Origin: a virus
Taxonomy: Duplodnaviria > Caudoviricetes
Length of the DNA: 44,568 bases
Virus record (IMG/VR): IMGVR_UViG_3300047121_000734
Location: 1-44,568 of that record
Strand: one strand, 5' to 3'
A model generated the notes under the pieces. That model saw nothing but the letters and a program-made list of their open reading frames with translations, ran no database searches and was not told the DNA's origin. Positions 37,059 through 44,568 of this stretch are shown piece by piece. How positions within the stretch are numbered: the stretch's first letter is position 1; every line of letters starts with the position of its first letter. The translations under genes and the position numbers were made by a program.

Positions 37059-37525
37059 GCCAGCGCTACCCACTTGCCAGGCACGCGCAGTTCGCGCAGC
37101 TGTGCGAGCGACAATGTCACGTCGAGCTCGTAGTGCGGGGCATCGTAGATCGTCTTGAAGTGTCCGCCCCAGCGCAGGTTGTGCTTCTCCGCAAGTTTGG
37201 CTGCTTGGTGGTGGAACGCGTCCGCTATCTTCGGCTCGACCTCATCGAGGTACTTATCGCCGCGAAAGACGCCCATGTCGATCGCCAGCCCGAAGTTGTG
37301 CATGGAAGACCCGGGGCGCGCCTTGGTCACGATCTTCCCGGGCTTGGTGCGCCCTTGAGCGTAGAGGCGCTCTTGTTCTTCCCATGAGCGCAGTCCGCAG
37401 ATGACTTTGTACTGCAGCCCCGCAGAGGCTGCGAGTGCCTGCGCCTCAATGACGAATGCACGAAAGCGCGGTTGCGCATCAGGGTGACAAGAGGCGATGT
37501 TTTTTTCAGAGCGAGGATCGATCAT
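37055..37525 (-). CDS. Endolysin, M15-family peptidase
   Basis: GLRS.EEQ..LYAQGRT, S.HNFGLAID, WGG.F...D.PHYE. Confidence 0.92.
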   Translation of the reverse strand: MIDPRSEKNIASCHPDAQPRFRAFVIEAQALAASAGLQYKVICGLRSWEEQERLYAQGRTKPGKIVTKARPGSSMHNFGLAIDMGVFRGDKYLDEVEPKIADAFHHQAAKLAEKHNLRWGGHFKTIYDAPHYELDVTLSLAQLRELRVPGKWVALA

Positions 37526-37713
37526 GGCTGGTCGTTATCCTCTTGTGGGAGCAGTTGTGCAATGCGTTTCCACAACCGTATGCGATCTTGCTCGCACCTG
37601 TCGGCCTTCTCCTCGACACGGTTCAGACGCTGGTTTAGCCAGTAAAGAGCGAAACACAGCGTGGCCACTACGGGTCCTTGCTGCGCCAGTTGTTCGAGGA
37701 GTTTGTGTTCCAT
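37522..37713 (-). CDS. Holin-like single-TM protein
   Basis: QQGPVVATLCFALYWL hydrophobic segment then coiled coil; overlaps endolysin start. Confidence 0.6.
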   Translation of the reverse strand: MEHKLLEQLAQQGPVVATLCFALYWLNQRLNRVEEKADRCEQDRIRLWKRIAQLLPQEDNDQP

Positions 37714-37720
37714 CCCCGAC

Positions 37721-37891
37721 TTAGGGTTTGGTCTCCTTTCGAACCACCTCAATGGCACCGACTACTGCAGCGCCTGCAGTGATGATGGCATCGGAAAGTT
37801 CGGGGTGCATCTTCACGCCGAAAAGCGCGAGCAAGATTGAAAGGCCGCGCCACGTGGACGGTTCTTTGAACCGGGTGAGAACTGTGTTCAT
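37721..37891 (-). CDS. Putative holin, 56 aa (not in ORF track)
   Basis: MNTVLTRFKEPSTWRGLSILLALFGVKMHPELSDAIITAGAAVVGAIEVVRKETKP; two TM segments, basic tail. Confidence 0.75.
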   Translation of the reverse strand: MNTVLTRFKEPSTWRGLSILLALFGVKMHPELSDAIITAGAAVVGAIEVVRKETKP

Positions 37892-37894
37892 GCT

Positions 37895-39124
37895 TTAGTG
37901 TGTTCGCTTTTTAATTTGGCTGGCAACAACATTTGCCGCTGCGGTCGCGGCGCCCGTAAGCAGCCAGGCATAGCGGCGCGTGGTCTGCGCCTGCGTGTGC
38001 CCCAACAGCTGCCCGACCTGCTCGAGCGAGAGGCCCGCTTCAATCCCCGCAGCGGCAAAAAACCTTCGCAAATCGTGCATGCGAAGGCCGGTGATTTTCG
38101 CATCGTCGAGCAGTCGTTTCCAGAGCCCCTTTGGTGAGACTAAGTGAGTCCCCGGGCGGCGCCCCACGATGATGTAGGGGTTGCCTGCTTCGCGTGGGAG
38201 TGCGTCAAGAACATCGCGCGCGTGCTGGTGCAGCGGGATGATGCGAGGCCCGGTCTTAGTGTCGATGTGCAGGCCGTCCTCCTGTACCGATTCCCACCTT
38301 GCGGTCATCCACTCATTGCGCCTGCACCCGGTGATGGCCAGCAGTTCGATCATGGCCACGAAGTGGGGCGCCTCGGGGCGCATGGCATCGAGCGCGCTGA
38401 AGAGGCGCGTGGCCTCTTCCGGGGTGGGTTTGCGCCGCCGTGCGGGCTCCTTGTACGCCTCCACGATTGCCGGGTTCTCTGCCACCCACTTGAGTTTCAC
38501 CGCCAGCTTGAACGCCGTGAAGAGCACCTCGAGCACCCGGTTGGCCATGAACGGTGTCTTGCGCAGGGCGTGGTGCAGTTCCATGCAGTGGGTCACGTTG
38601 ACCTGCCGGACGGTCAGCGGCTTACCCTGCGGGGTCACCTCAAGCCCCTGCTTTGCCTTCGCCTGCTCTTCCTTGGTGAGCTTGTAGAACGGTTTGGTCG
38701 TGAGGTTGGGCAGGATGTGCAGGCGCCAGATCCGCTCGGTGTACTCTTGGATCTGGGGCTTCTGGCGCTTGGCGGCGTGAAAGCGCATGTAGGCCTGGCG
38801 CAGTTCGTCTAGGGAGCGATCCTCGACCTTCTCGCGCACGGCAGGGTCATCTCCCCGGGCGACCTGGCCCAGGATCTCCAGCGCGCGCTTGCGGGCGGGC
38901 TCGAGCCCTAGCACGCGCACCTGCCCGAGCTTGAAGTCGCGCTGCTTGCCGTCCTTGGATCGGTAGCGCACGTAGAACACCGCGCTGGACCCGCTGACAC
39001 GCCGGTACAGCCCCGGCACCTTGGCATCCCACTCCCGCTTCCTGGCCACCGCATGGCCACCAGATTCCTGTGACACGGCGTTGTCTCCGATGAAAAGACG
39101 TGAGCGGATTTTACGCCAGATCAA
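37895..39124 (-). CDS. int: Tyrosine integrase (true start may be GTG 39049)
   Basis: Arm-binding N-domain WD..VPGL; catalytic TGCR, TKTG, HDLRR, LGH, RRY. Confidence 0.95.
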   Translation of the reverse strand: MIWRKIRSRLFIGDNAVSQESGGHAVARKREWDAKVPGLYRRVSGSSAVFYVRYRSKDGKQRDFKLGQVRVLGLEPARKRALEILGQVARGDDPAVREKVEDRSLDELRQAYMRFHAAKRQKPQIQEYTERIWRLHILPNLTTKPFYKLTKEEQAKAKQGLEVTPQGKPLTVRQVNVTHCMELHHALRKTPFMANRVLEVLFTAFKLAVKLKWVAENPAIVEAYKEPARRRKPTPEEATRLFSALDAMRPEAPHFVAMIELLAITGCRRNEWMTARWESVQEDGLHIDTKTGPRIIPLHQHARDVLDALPREAGNPYIIVGRRPGTHLVSPKGLWKRLLDDAKITGLRMHDLRRFFAAAGIEAGLSLEQVGQLLGHTQAQTTRRYAWLLTGAATAAANVVASQIKKRTH

Positions 39125-39169
39125 CGACTTGTGGGGATGCGTTATGACGCGGGAGCCTGTAGGAACAAA

Positions 39170-39214
39170 CTACGAACCAAGGGGTCGGGCGTTCGAATCG
39201 CTCCGGGCGCGCCA
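39170..39214 (+). other. attP core: 3' half of tRNA-Arg(ACG)
   Basis: CT-ACG-AA anticodon loop, GGGCG-TTCGAAT-CGCTC T-arm, CGGGCGCG-CCA end; 5' half absent. Confidence 0.9.
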
Positions 39215-39229
39215 ATAATCAAAGACTTA

Positions 39230-39254
39230 CGCCACCCACGAGGTGGCGCTTTTC
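39230..39254 (+). terminator. Terminator-like hairpin downstream of the tRNA fragment
   Basis: CGCCACC-CACGA-GGTGGCG then CTTTT. Confidence 0.6.
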
Positions 39255-39276
39255 GTCTGGCCACCAGTTGGCCACC

Positions 39277-39317
39277 AAATAGAAAACGCCACCGCGGACC
39301 GTGGCCCAGGGTGGCGT
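39277..39317 (-). terminator. Putative terminator of the minus-strand replication operon
   Basis: ACGCCACC...GGTGGCGT stem with AAATAGAAAA on its left (U-rich on the minus strand). Confidence 0.45.
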
Positions 39318-39396
39318 CTGCAGTGTTTCATGGGGACAACCAACGTGCCCTGCCGCAGGATCTCCCTGCGTACCATGCTGCACAGGCGCCAGCGTC

Positions 39397-39648
39397 TCAG
39401 TCCCCCTTCGAGCCGTCAACGATTTCGTCGACGATTGCATCAAGCTTGTTCTGTTTGCGGCGGTGCTGCTTGAGGCTCATCTCGGTGTGGATGAGTTCTC
39501 GCATTCCGCATTCGTAATACAAGCCACGCTCTCGCAGCCACTTGGTGCACGCTTCGTTGACTTGCTGCGCCCATCTCATCGGAATCCCGAAGTTGAAATG
39601 GTCCGCTTCAACGTCTGGGACTAGTCTTCCGTTGTGTTTTTTTTCCAT
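39397..39648 (-). CDS. Hypothetical protein
   Basis: 83-aa ORF overlapping the primase end. Confidence 0.5.
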   Translation of the reverse strand: MEKKHNGRLVPDVEADHFNFGIPMRWAQQVNEACTKWLRERGLYYECGMRELIHTEMSLKQHRRKQNKLDAIVDEIVDGSKGD

Positions 39649-41783
39649 ACTCGTATTGATTTGCGGTCGAATGTTTTGGTGACGGTGTTCTTCCAGCCAA
39701 GCACGCGCATGCAGGCGGCGATGCGCTGTTCCATGCGTCTGTCATGCTTGCCGACTTCGATCTTGAGCGCTTCGACCAGCAACTCGCGCGTGGTGTAGAT
39801 CTTGTAGTGGTTGCAGTACTCGCGCAGCACCTCTTCCCAAGTGTCCTGCGGGCGGCGCAGTTCGGCCTGCTCGGCGGCGGCATCGCCTGGGACATTCCAC
39901 CACGGTGTGCCTTGCCGGTACTCGTGCATGGCCTCGGCGAAGACTTGCTCGCGGTGCTGGGCAAGCCAGTCTAAGTCGACCGCCCCGCAGGCCACGGCCC
40001 AGAATCGCCGGGCGCCGGTCTCATCGCGGTTCCAGTCATCCCGGTTGGTGGTGCCTGCAAACACCGAGCGGCGCGGGTGATCCTCGGCGTTGCGTGCGTA
40101 GGGCGAGCGATAGCGATCGACCTGGCAGGAGATCACCCCTTTGATGCGCTCGACCTCGGACTTGGAAAAAGAGTGCATCTCGGAGATCTCCACCAGCCAG
40201 GCGCCTTTGAGCACCCCGTAGAAATCCTTCGAGGTCACCGACTCGTGGCACTCGGCAAACCATGGCCCGGCGAGCACGCGCAAGGCGGAGCTCTTGCCGA
40301 TGCCTTGCCCGCCCTCGAGGATGGGCATGGTGTCAACCTTGCACCCTGGGCGCATGATGCGCGCCACCATGGAAATCACCCAGCACTGCCCGACCATGTG
40401 GTGGTACTCGGTGGGCTCGGTGCCAAATCCCATCGGCATCAACGCGCGTAGCCGGCGCTGCTTGTCCCACTGCAGGGACTCAAGCCAGTCGCGCACTTCG
40501 TTACGAATCTTCGCGTGGGAGATGAGCTCCACCGCATCGTGGACAATCTGCACCGAGACCTTCGGGATGCCCAGGGAGCCCTGCAGCAGGCGGGTCAGGC
40601 GCAGGTCGTCGGCATCGTTCCACTCGCGCGTGTCGTCGCCCCAGTTGGTAAGGATCTTTTCGCGAAACTCGTCGTACCAAACGATCCCCATCAGCGGCTC
40701 GTAGCGCTCGAGGATGCGGCAAATGTTGTCGAGGTTCGCGTGCGGGCGCATCGATGACCCGGATACCTCCAGCCCCAGCATCTCCCAGAGAGACTGCAGG
40801 TCCTTGATGTTGGTGTCGCGCGCGTTGGCCTTGGCCACCGCCTTCGCCTCGGATGTTGGCGGTTCGTACACGCGGATCTTGGGGCGTGCCCACTGCCGCA
40901 GCGCCTCCCAGTCCCATCCGGCTTTGACCGCATCGGCGGCGTCCCACTTGTCGGGCTGGCCCGCCGGGTCGACGATCTTAATCTCGGCCACGCGATCGGC
41001 GAGCATCTCGGCCAGGCGCTCCATGGCCTGGATGCCAGGCACATCGTTGTCGGGCCACAGGAAGATCTTGCGCCCAGACAGGGGCGACCAGTCCACCTTG
41101 TTCAGCCCCTGCGCCCCGCCCGGGGGCGAGACCACGATGTAGTGGTGGCCTGCCAGAATGCGGGCTGCGTCCGCGCACTTCTCGCCTTCGACCACCATGA
41201 CCGCGCGCTTAGGGTGTCGCGCGAGAAGCTCCAGGCCGTAGAGCGGGCGCTCGTTCTCGATCATCTGGTTGACCCACTTCTTTTCTTCGACCGACCAGAA
41301 CCATGGGATGAACTGCTTGCGACCGCTGCGCGGCTCGTGCCGCGAGATAAACCCGATCGTGTTGCCCATCGGGTCCTTGTACTCCCAGCGGTTGACCGCG
41401 GGGCCGTGAACCCGGTGCACGAACACGGGCGGCTTGACCCCGTGCGGCGGGCGCCCAATGAGCGGGCGTGGTGGCACCGGTGGGCGTGGTGCGTTGGGGT
41501 GCGGGGTGTAGGCGTTGCCGGTGATGGCATCGAATGCCTGCGCCATTTCCACCCCGTGGGCGGCGGCATACAGGGCGATCAGATCGCTACCCTTCTGGCC
41601 GCCGGCAAAGTCGGCCCAGACGCCGGTCTGCCAGTTGATGCTCAGGCTCTCGCCTTCGTCGCCTGCTAGGTTGCCCACGACAAACTCGTTGCCGTGGAAC
41701 TTGCCGTTAGGAAACCAAGTGGAGAGCAGTTCTTTCGCGCGGGGGAGTAGGTCAGCCCGCAGTGCTTTGAAGTCTCGTTTCAT
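39621..41783 (-). CDS. TOPRIM primase fused to VirE/VapE-like helicase
   Basis: VVEGEKCADA, WPDND..G, WDAAD; Walker A GGQGIGKS, EISE, GTTN, TGARRF; alternative start 41813. Confidence 0.92.
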   Translation of the reverse strand: MKRDFKALRADLLPRAKELLSTWFPNGKFHGNEFVVGNLAGDEGESLSINWQTGVWADFAGGQKGSDLIALYAAAHGVEMAQAFDAITGNAYTPHPNAPRPPVPPRPLIGRPPHGVKPPVFVHRVHGPAVNRWEYKDPMGNTIGFISRHEPRSGRKQFIPWFWSVEEKKWVNQMIENERPLYGLELLARHPKRAVMVVEGEKCADAARILAGHHYIVVSPPGGAQGLNKVDWSPLSGRKIFLWPDNDVPGIQAMERLAEMLADRVAEIKIVDPAGQPDKWDAADAVKAGWDWEALRQWARPKIRVYEPPTSEAKAVAKANARDTNIKDLQSLWEMLGLEVSGSSMRPHANLDNICRILERYEPLMGIVWYDEFREKILTNWGDDTREWNDADDLRLTRLLQGSLGIPKVSVQIVHDAVELISHAKIRNEVRDWLESLQWDKQRRLRALMPMGFGTEPTEYHHMVGQCWVISMVARIMRPGCKVDTMPILEGGQGIGKSSALRVLAGPWFAECHESVTSKDFYGVLKGAWLVEISEMHSFSKSEVERIKGVISCQVDRYRSPYARNAEDHPRRSVFAGTTNRDDWNRDETGARRFWAVACGAVDLDWLAQHREQVFAEAMHEYRQGTPWWNVPGDAAAEQAELRRPQDTWEEVLREYCNHYKIYTTRELLVEALKIEVGKHDRRMEQRIAACMRVLGWKNTVTKTFDRKSIRVWKKNTTED

Positions 41784-41809
41784 CCTCCGTGTGTCGTTGC
41801 TAATGCTAG

Positions 41810-42118
41810 TCACTGCAGCAGCTCGAGAAACTCCTCGACGCTGTGGCAGACCCCGGCAACGCCACCCAGCGCTCGCACCAGCGAGATAAATGCACGTTGC
41901 TCAGGGGTCGCAGTGCGGCCGGGGCGCTTGACTTCAACGGCCAAGAATCGCCCGTCCGGTGTGATGCCAATTAAGTCGGACGATCCGACGCACAACCCAG
42001 AGGAGAGCCAACGCCCATCGAGCAGTTCGTACTTGCCGACCTGGTTGCGCCAGAGTCGCGCGCCGAGCCTGGATGCAGCGAGTTGGATCTCGCTCTGGAT
42101 ACGTGCCTCAGAACTCAC
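41810..42118 (-). CDS. VRR-NUC domain nuclease
   Basis: E..IQ..I, G.SDLIG, AVEVKRP, EQ..F; GTG start overlapping SSB end. Confidence 0.88.
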   Translation of the reverse strand: MSSEARIQSEIQLAASRLGARLWRNQVGKYELLDGRWLSSGLCVGSSDLIGITPDGRFLAVEVKRPGRTATPEQRAFISLVRALGGVAGVCHSVEEFLELLQ

Positions 42119-42485
42119 GGCGTGAAGTGGACTTGGGTTTCTGGGCGTCCTCGCGTGCCGAGAGGAATTGAACGACATCTGCGGCCACGCGCATCTTGGA
42201 TTTCTTTTCCCCTGTCTGCTTGTCTTCCCAGGTGTCGAGTTTGAGTCGGCCCTCCACGAGGATGCTTTTGCCCTTGGAGAGGTGTTCGGCGCAGATCTCC
42301 GCCAGGCGCCCCCACGCTTCGATGTCGACATAGGTGACCTCCTCCTTCTGGTCGCCGTTCTCGGTGGTGTACTTGCGGTTGATTGCAATCGACAGCTGCG
42401 TGACCGCAGTGCCTTTGGGGGTGTGCTTGATGTCTGGATCGCGGGTAAGATTACCCAGGACCATGACCTTGTTCAGTGATGCCAT
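42108..42485 (-). CDS. ssb: Single-stranded DNA-binding protein
   Basis: LNKVMVLGNLTRDP, WGRLAE, KG..ILVEGRL. Confidence 0.95.
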   Translation of the reverse strand: MASLNKVMVLGNLTRDPDIKHTPKGTAVTQLSIAINRKYTTENGDQKEEVTYVDIEAWGRLAEICAEHLSKGKSILVEGRLKLDTWEDKQTGEKKSKMRVAADVVQFLSAREDAQKPKSTSRREF

Positions 42486-43885
42486 GTTGTTGTTGTTGTT
42501 GTTGTGTTTCTTGTTCTCGTTTTACGTGAGGCCATGATCTTCAAGGCCCACTCGCGCGGGAAACGATACCCACGAGATTGTCCGAGCGCGACTAACTCCT
42601 CGTAAGTTTTCGCGCTGCTCTGCTCCTGTTTGCGCTGCGTTTGCAGTGCAAGTTTCATCTGTGCGGAAACTTTGACGAGCTCCCCCTGCTTCTGGGCGAC
42701 CTCGCGTGGCTGGGGCGCGAACCGGTGCCCGCAGTTGCACACCTGCGTGCCGCCCGGGAGCGCGCGAAAGCACACCGGGCACAGCCGGATGGGGAGCTTC
42801 TGCTCGGCGTCTTTCTTCTTGCGCTTCTTTCCCTCGAGCGACCACTCGCGATCGGAGTCGGGGAACATGTGGCGCCGACAGTTGCCAACGTGGTCGAGGA
42901 TCATCGCGTGCGTCTTACCGGCAAATGTGCGCAGGCCACGGCCCCACTGCTGCAGACACAGGGAAGTCGATGCTGTGGGGCGCAGCATCTGCACCACCTC
43001 GATGGCAGGCAGATCGAAGCCCTCGGAGACGACATCGCAGGACACCAGCTGGTCGAGTTCACCGGAGGCGAACCGGGTGACAAGCGCGCGGCGGGCGCCC
43101 TTGTCCATCGTCCCGTCAATGATCTCGGCCCGGTAGCCTGCGCCCTGGTACTGGTCGCGCACCGCTGCGCAGTGCTTGAGCGAGACACAGAAGACGATCG
43201 CGCGCTTACCGTGGGCGAGTTTGCGGTAGTGCTCAACCGCGCTGCCGGTTACCCCGGGCTTGTTCATCATCGTGTCGAGATCGTGCTTGTTGTAGTCGCC
43301 CATTGAGAATCCCACGCCGGTGAGGTCCACCTCGTTGGGGCAGTAGTACTCGTACGGGGAGAGATGCCCGGCGCTGATGAGATCCGCAGTGGACGGCCCC
43401 ACCACCATTTCATCGAAGAGCTCGTTGAGTCCCTCGCCGGAGAGGCGTTGCGGTGTGGCGGTTACGCCGACCGTCTTCGAGCCTGCCCACGTGTTGAGCA
43501 CGCGGCCCCAGGAAGACTTCGCGGTGGCGTGATGCGCTTCATCGACGATGACCAGTGAAGGCGAGTGCACGATGTCCAAGCGATTCTTGAGCGTGAACAC
43601 CGAAGCTACGACCACCGGCAAGTTGTGCCTGTATTTGCGTCCAGGGGCGACGAACGTGCATGGGACGTTGAACCGATGCAGCGTGCTGGCAACCTGGTCG
43701 ATGAGCTCGTCGCGGTGCACGAGGATGACCACGCGCCCACCCTTGGCCACGGCGCGCTGCGCCATGTAGCTGAACATCACCGTCTTGCCCCCGCCGGTGG
43801 GGCAGACCATCAGGACTCGACGACAACCGGCGAGTGCGCGACGGGTGCTGTCGAGCAGATCGATTTGGTAGTCGCGGAGTTGCAT
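42473..43885 (-). CDS. SF2 DEAH-box helicase with C-terminal Cys cluster
   Basis: LRDYQ, PTGGGKT, DEAH, TAT, EGFD, QQWGRGLR, CPVC...CNCG. Confidence 0.95.
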   Translation of the reverse strand: MQLRDYQIDLLDSTRRALAGCRRVLMVCPTGGGKTVMFSYMAQRAVAKGGRVVILVHRDELIDQVASTLHRFNVPCTFVAPGRKYRHNLPVVVASVFTLKNRLDIVHSPSLVIVDEAHHATAKSSWGRVLNTWAGSKTVGVTATPQRLSGEGLNELFDEMVVGPSTADLISAGHLSPYEYYCPNEVDLTGVGFSMGDYNKHDLDTMMNKPGVTGSAVEHYRKLAHGKRAIVFCVSLKHCAAVRDQYQGAGYRAEIIDGTMDKGARRALVTRFASGELDQLVSCDVVSEGFDLPAIEVVQMLRPTASTSLCLQQWGRGLRTFAGKTHAMILDHVGNCRRHMFPDSDREWSLEGKKRKKKDAEQKLPIRLCPVCFRALPGGTQVCNCGHRFAPQPREVAQKQGELVKVSAQMKLALQTQRKQEQSSAKTYEELVALGQSRGYRFPREWALKIMASRKTRTRNTTTTTTTWHH

Positions 43886-44130
43886 GCCTCATCCGTATCA
43901 GGTGTTGCCTTTTTGACAACAGGAAAATGTTGAATCGGAAAATCAACGAGGTCTTCGAGCTTGATGCGAAGGCATTTCACCTGCGCGATGTAGAGCAGTT
44001 GCTCCCAGTGCTTTAGCGGCACCTTGCCGCGCTGTTTCCATCGCGAGACGGACGAGGGACAAATGTTCAGCGAGCGGGCGAGATTGCGCACGCCGCCGAA
44101 ACGCTCAACAACAAAATCCACCGGAGTCAT
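43810..44130 (-). CDS. Cro-like HTH protein
   Basis: VERFGGVRNLARSL.ICPSSVSRWK.RG.VP; divergent from the repressor. Confidence 0.8.
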   Translation of the reverse strand: MTPVDFVVERFGGVRNLARSLNICPSSVSRWKQRGKVPLKHWEQLLYIAQVKCLRIKLEDLVDFPIQHFPVVKKATPDTDEACNSATTKSICSTAPVAHSPVVVES

Positions 44131-44193
44131 GCGAAGGATTGTTGCGGTTTCCACAACCCCTCGTCAACCCCGAGTCTATGCCGGAGTCATGCG
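44121..44193. promoter_or_regulatory. Candidate operator repeats in the immunity region
   Basis: CCGGAGTCATGCG at 44121-44133 and 44181-44193. Confidence 0.5.
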
Positions 44194-44235
44194 GTTTGTC
44201 TTATTGTGATGGGTCGTGTATAACTGTGACCCGCA

Positions 44236-44568
44236 ATGACCTCGATAGATACGCAGTGGCTTCGCGGTGTGCTTGCCGATCGAAAGTTGACTCAGCGCAA
44301 GCTTGCACTCGCGATGGAGATGGACCCTGCAGCGTTGTCACTGATGCTCAGGGGGTTAAGGCACGTCCGGCTTAAAGAAGCGCAACGAATGGCGGAGGTC
44401 TTGAACGTGTCTGTTTCAGACGTCTTGACCGCGTTCGGTGTCAAAGCGTTGTCGCCCAACGGTAACAATACGTCCGTGCCTCTTGTGGGTACGGTGGACA
44501 CCGAGATGGTCATCACCCCGGCTTCAGGGGATTACGTGGTACGCCCGCCAGATCTGCAAGCGGATGTG
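44236..44568 (+). CDS. 5' part of CI-like XRE HTH repressor (continues to 370)
   Basis: MTSIDTQWLRGVLADRKLTQRKLALAMEMDPAALSLMLRGLRHVRLKEAQRMAEVLNVSVSDVL. Confidence 0.88.
   Translation, partial: MTSIDTQWLRGVLADRKLTQRKLALAMEMDPAALSLMLRGLRHVRLKEAQRMAEVLNVSVSDVLTAFGVKALSPNGNNTSVPLVGTVDTEMVITPASGDYVVRPPDLQADV
44442..44568. repeat. Terminal direct repeat copy 2
   Basis: Identical to 1-127. Confidence 0.97.

Larger units (their letters stand above)
39043..39276. promoter_or_regulatory. attP region with arm-type repeats and IHF-like sites
   Basis: TGGCCACC pairs at 39043/39054 and 39258/39269; AATCAAAGACTTA (39217-39229) matches WATCAANNNNTTR; near match 39119-39131. Confidence 0.75.

Noticed and set aside
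37055-37891. Spanin genes
   Set aside because: No lipobox-containing or nested ORF could be supported in the lysis cassette
39170-39214. Functional tRNA gene
   Set aside because: No D-arm or 5' acceptor strand; it is an attP fragment

Overview
The window is a complete circular genome (~44,441 bp; the first and last 127 bp are identical, an assembly overlap) of a temperate, short-tailed phage with a BPP-1/T7-like virion module. A CI-like repressor spans the contig ends and faces a Cro-like gene. The + arm carries YqaJ exonuclease, RecT-like annealase, excisionase-like HTH, an orphan DpdA/TGT-like protein, small early genes, an iteron-like region, terminase, portal, head spike, a fibre cassette, capsid, tail and ejected proteins, including a 3846-aa polyvalent protein. 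The - arm carries SF2 helicase, SSB, VRR-NUC, TOPRIM-VapE primase-helicase, an attP matching the 3' half of tRNA-Arg(ACG), a tyrosine integrase and, directly behind it, the lysis genes. Most interesting: (1) an in-frame array of five enzyme-like cassettes in the giant protein, bounded by L-x-Q motifs and adjacent to an HExxH metallopeptidase; (2) a family of fibre proteins sharing an N-terminal domain and a C-terminal GG-x-Y motif, suggesting plug-and-socket chained fibres, inside a direct-repeat-flanked cassette; (3) an RcGTA-like head spike split into base, mini-peptide and fibre; (4) lysis genes coupled to the integrase next to attP. All family assignments come from motif recognition by eye, not database searches.
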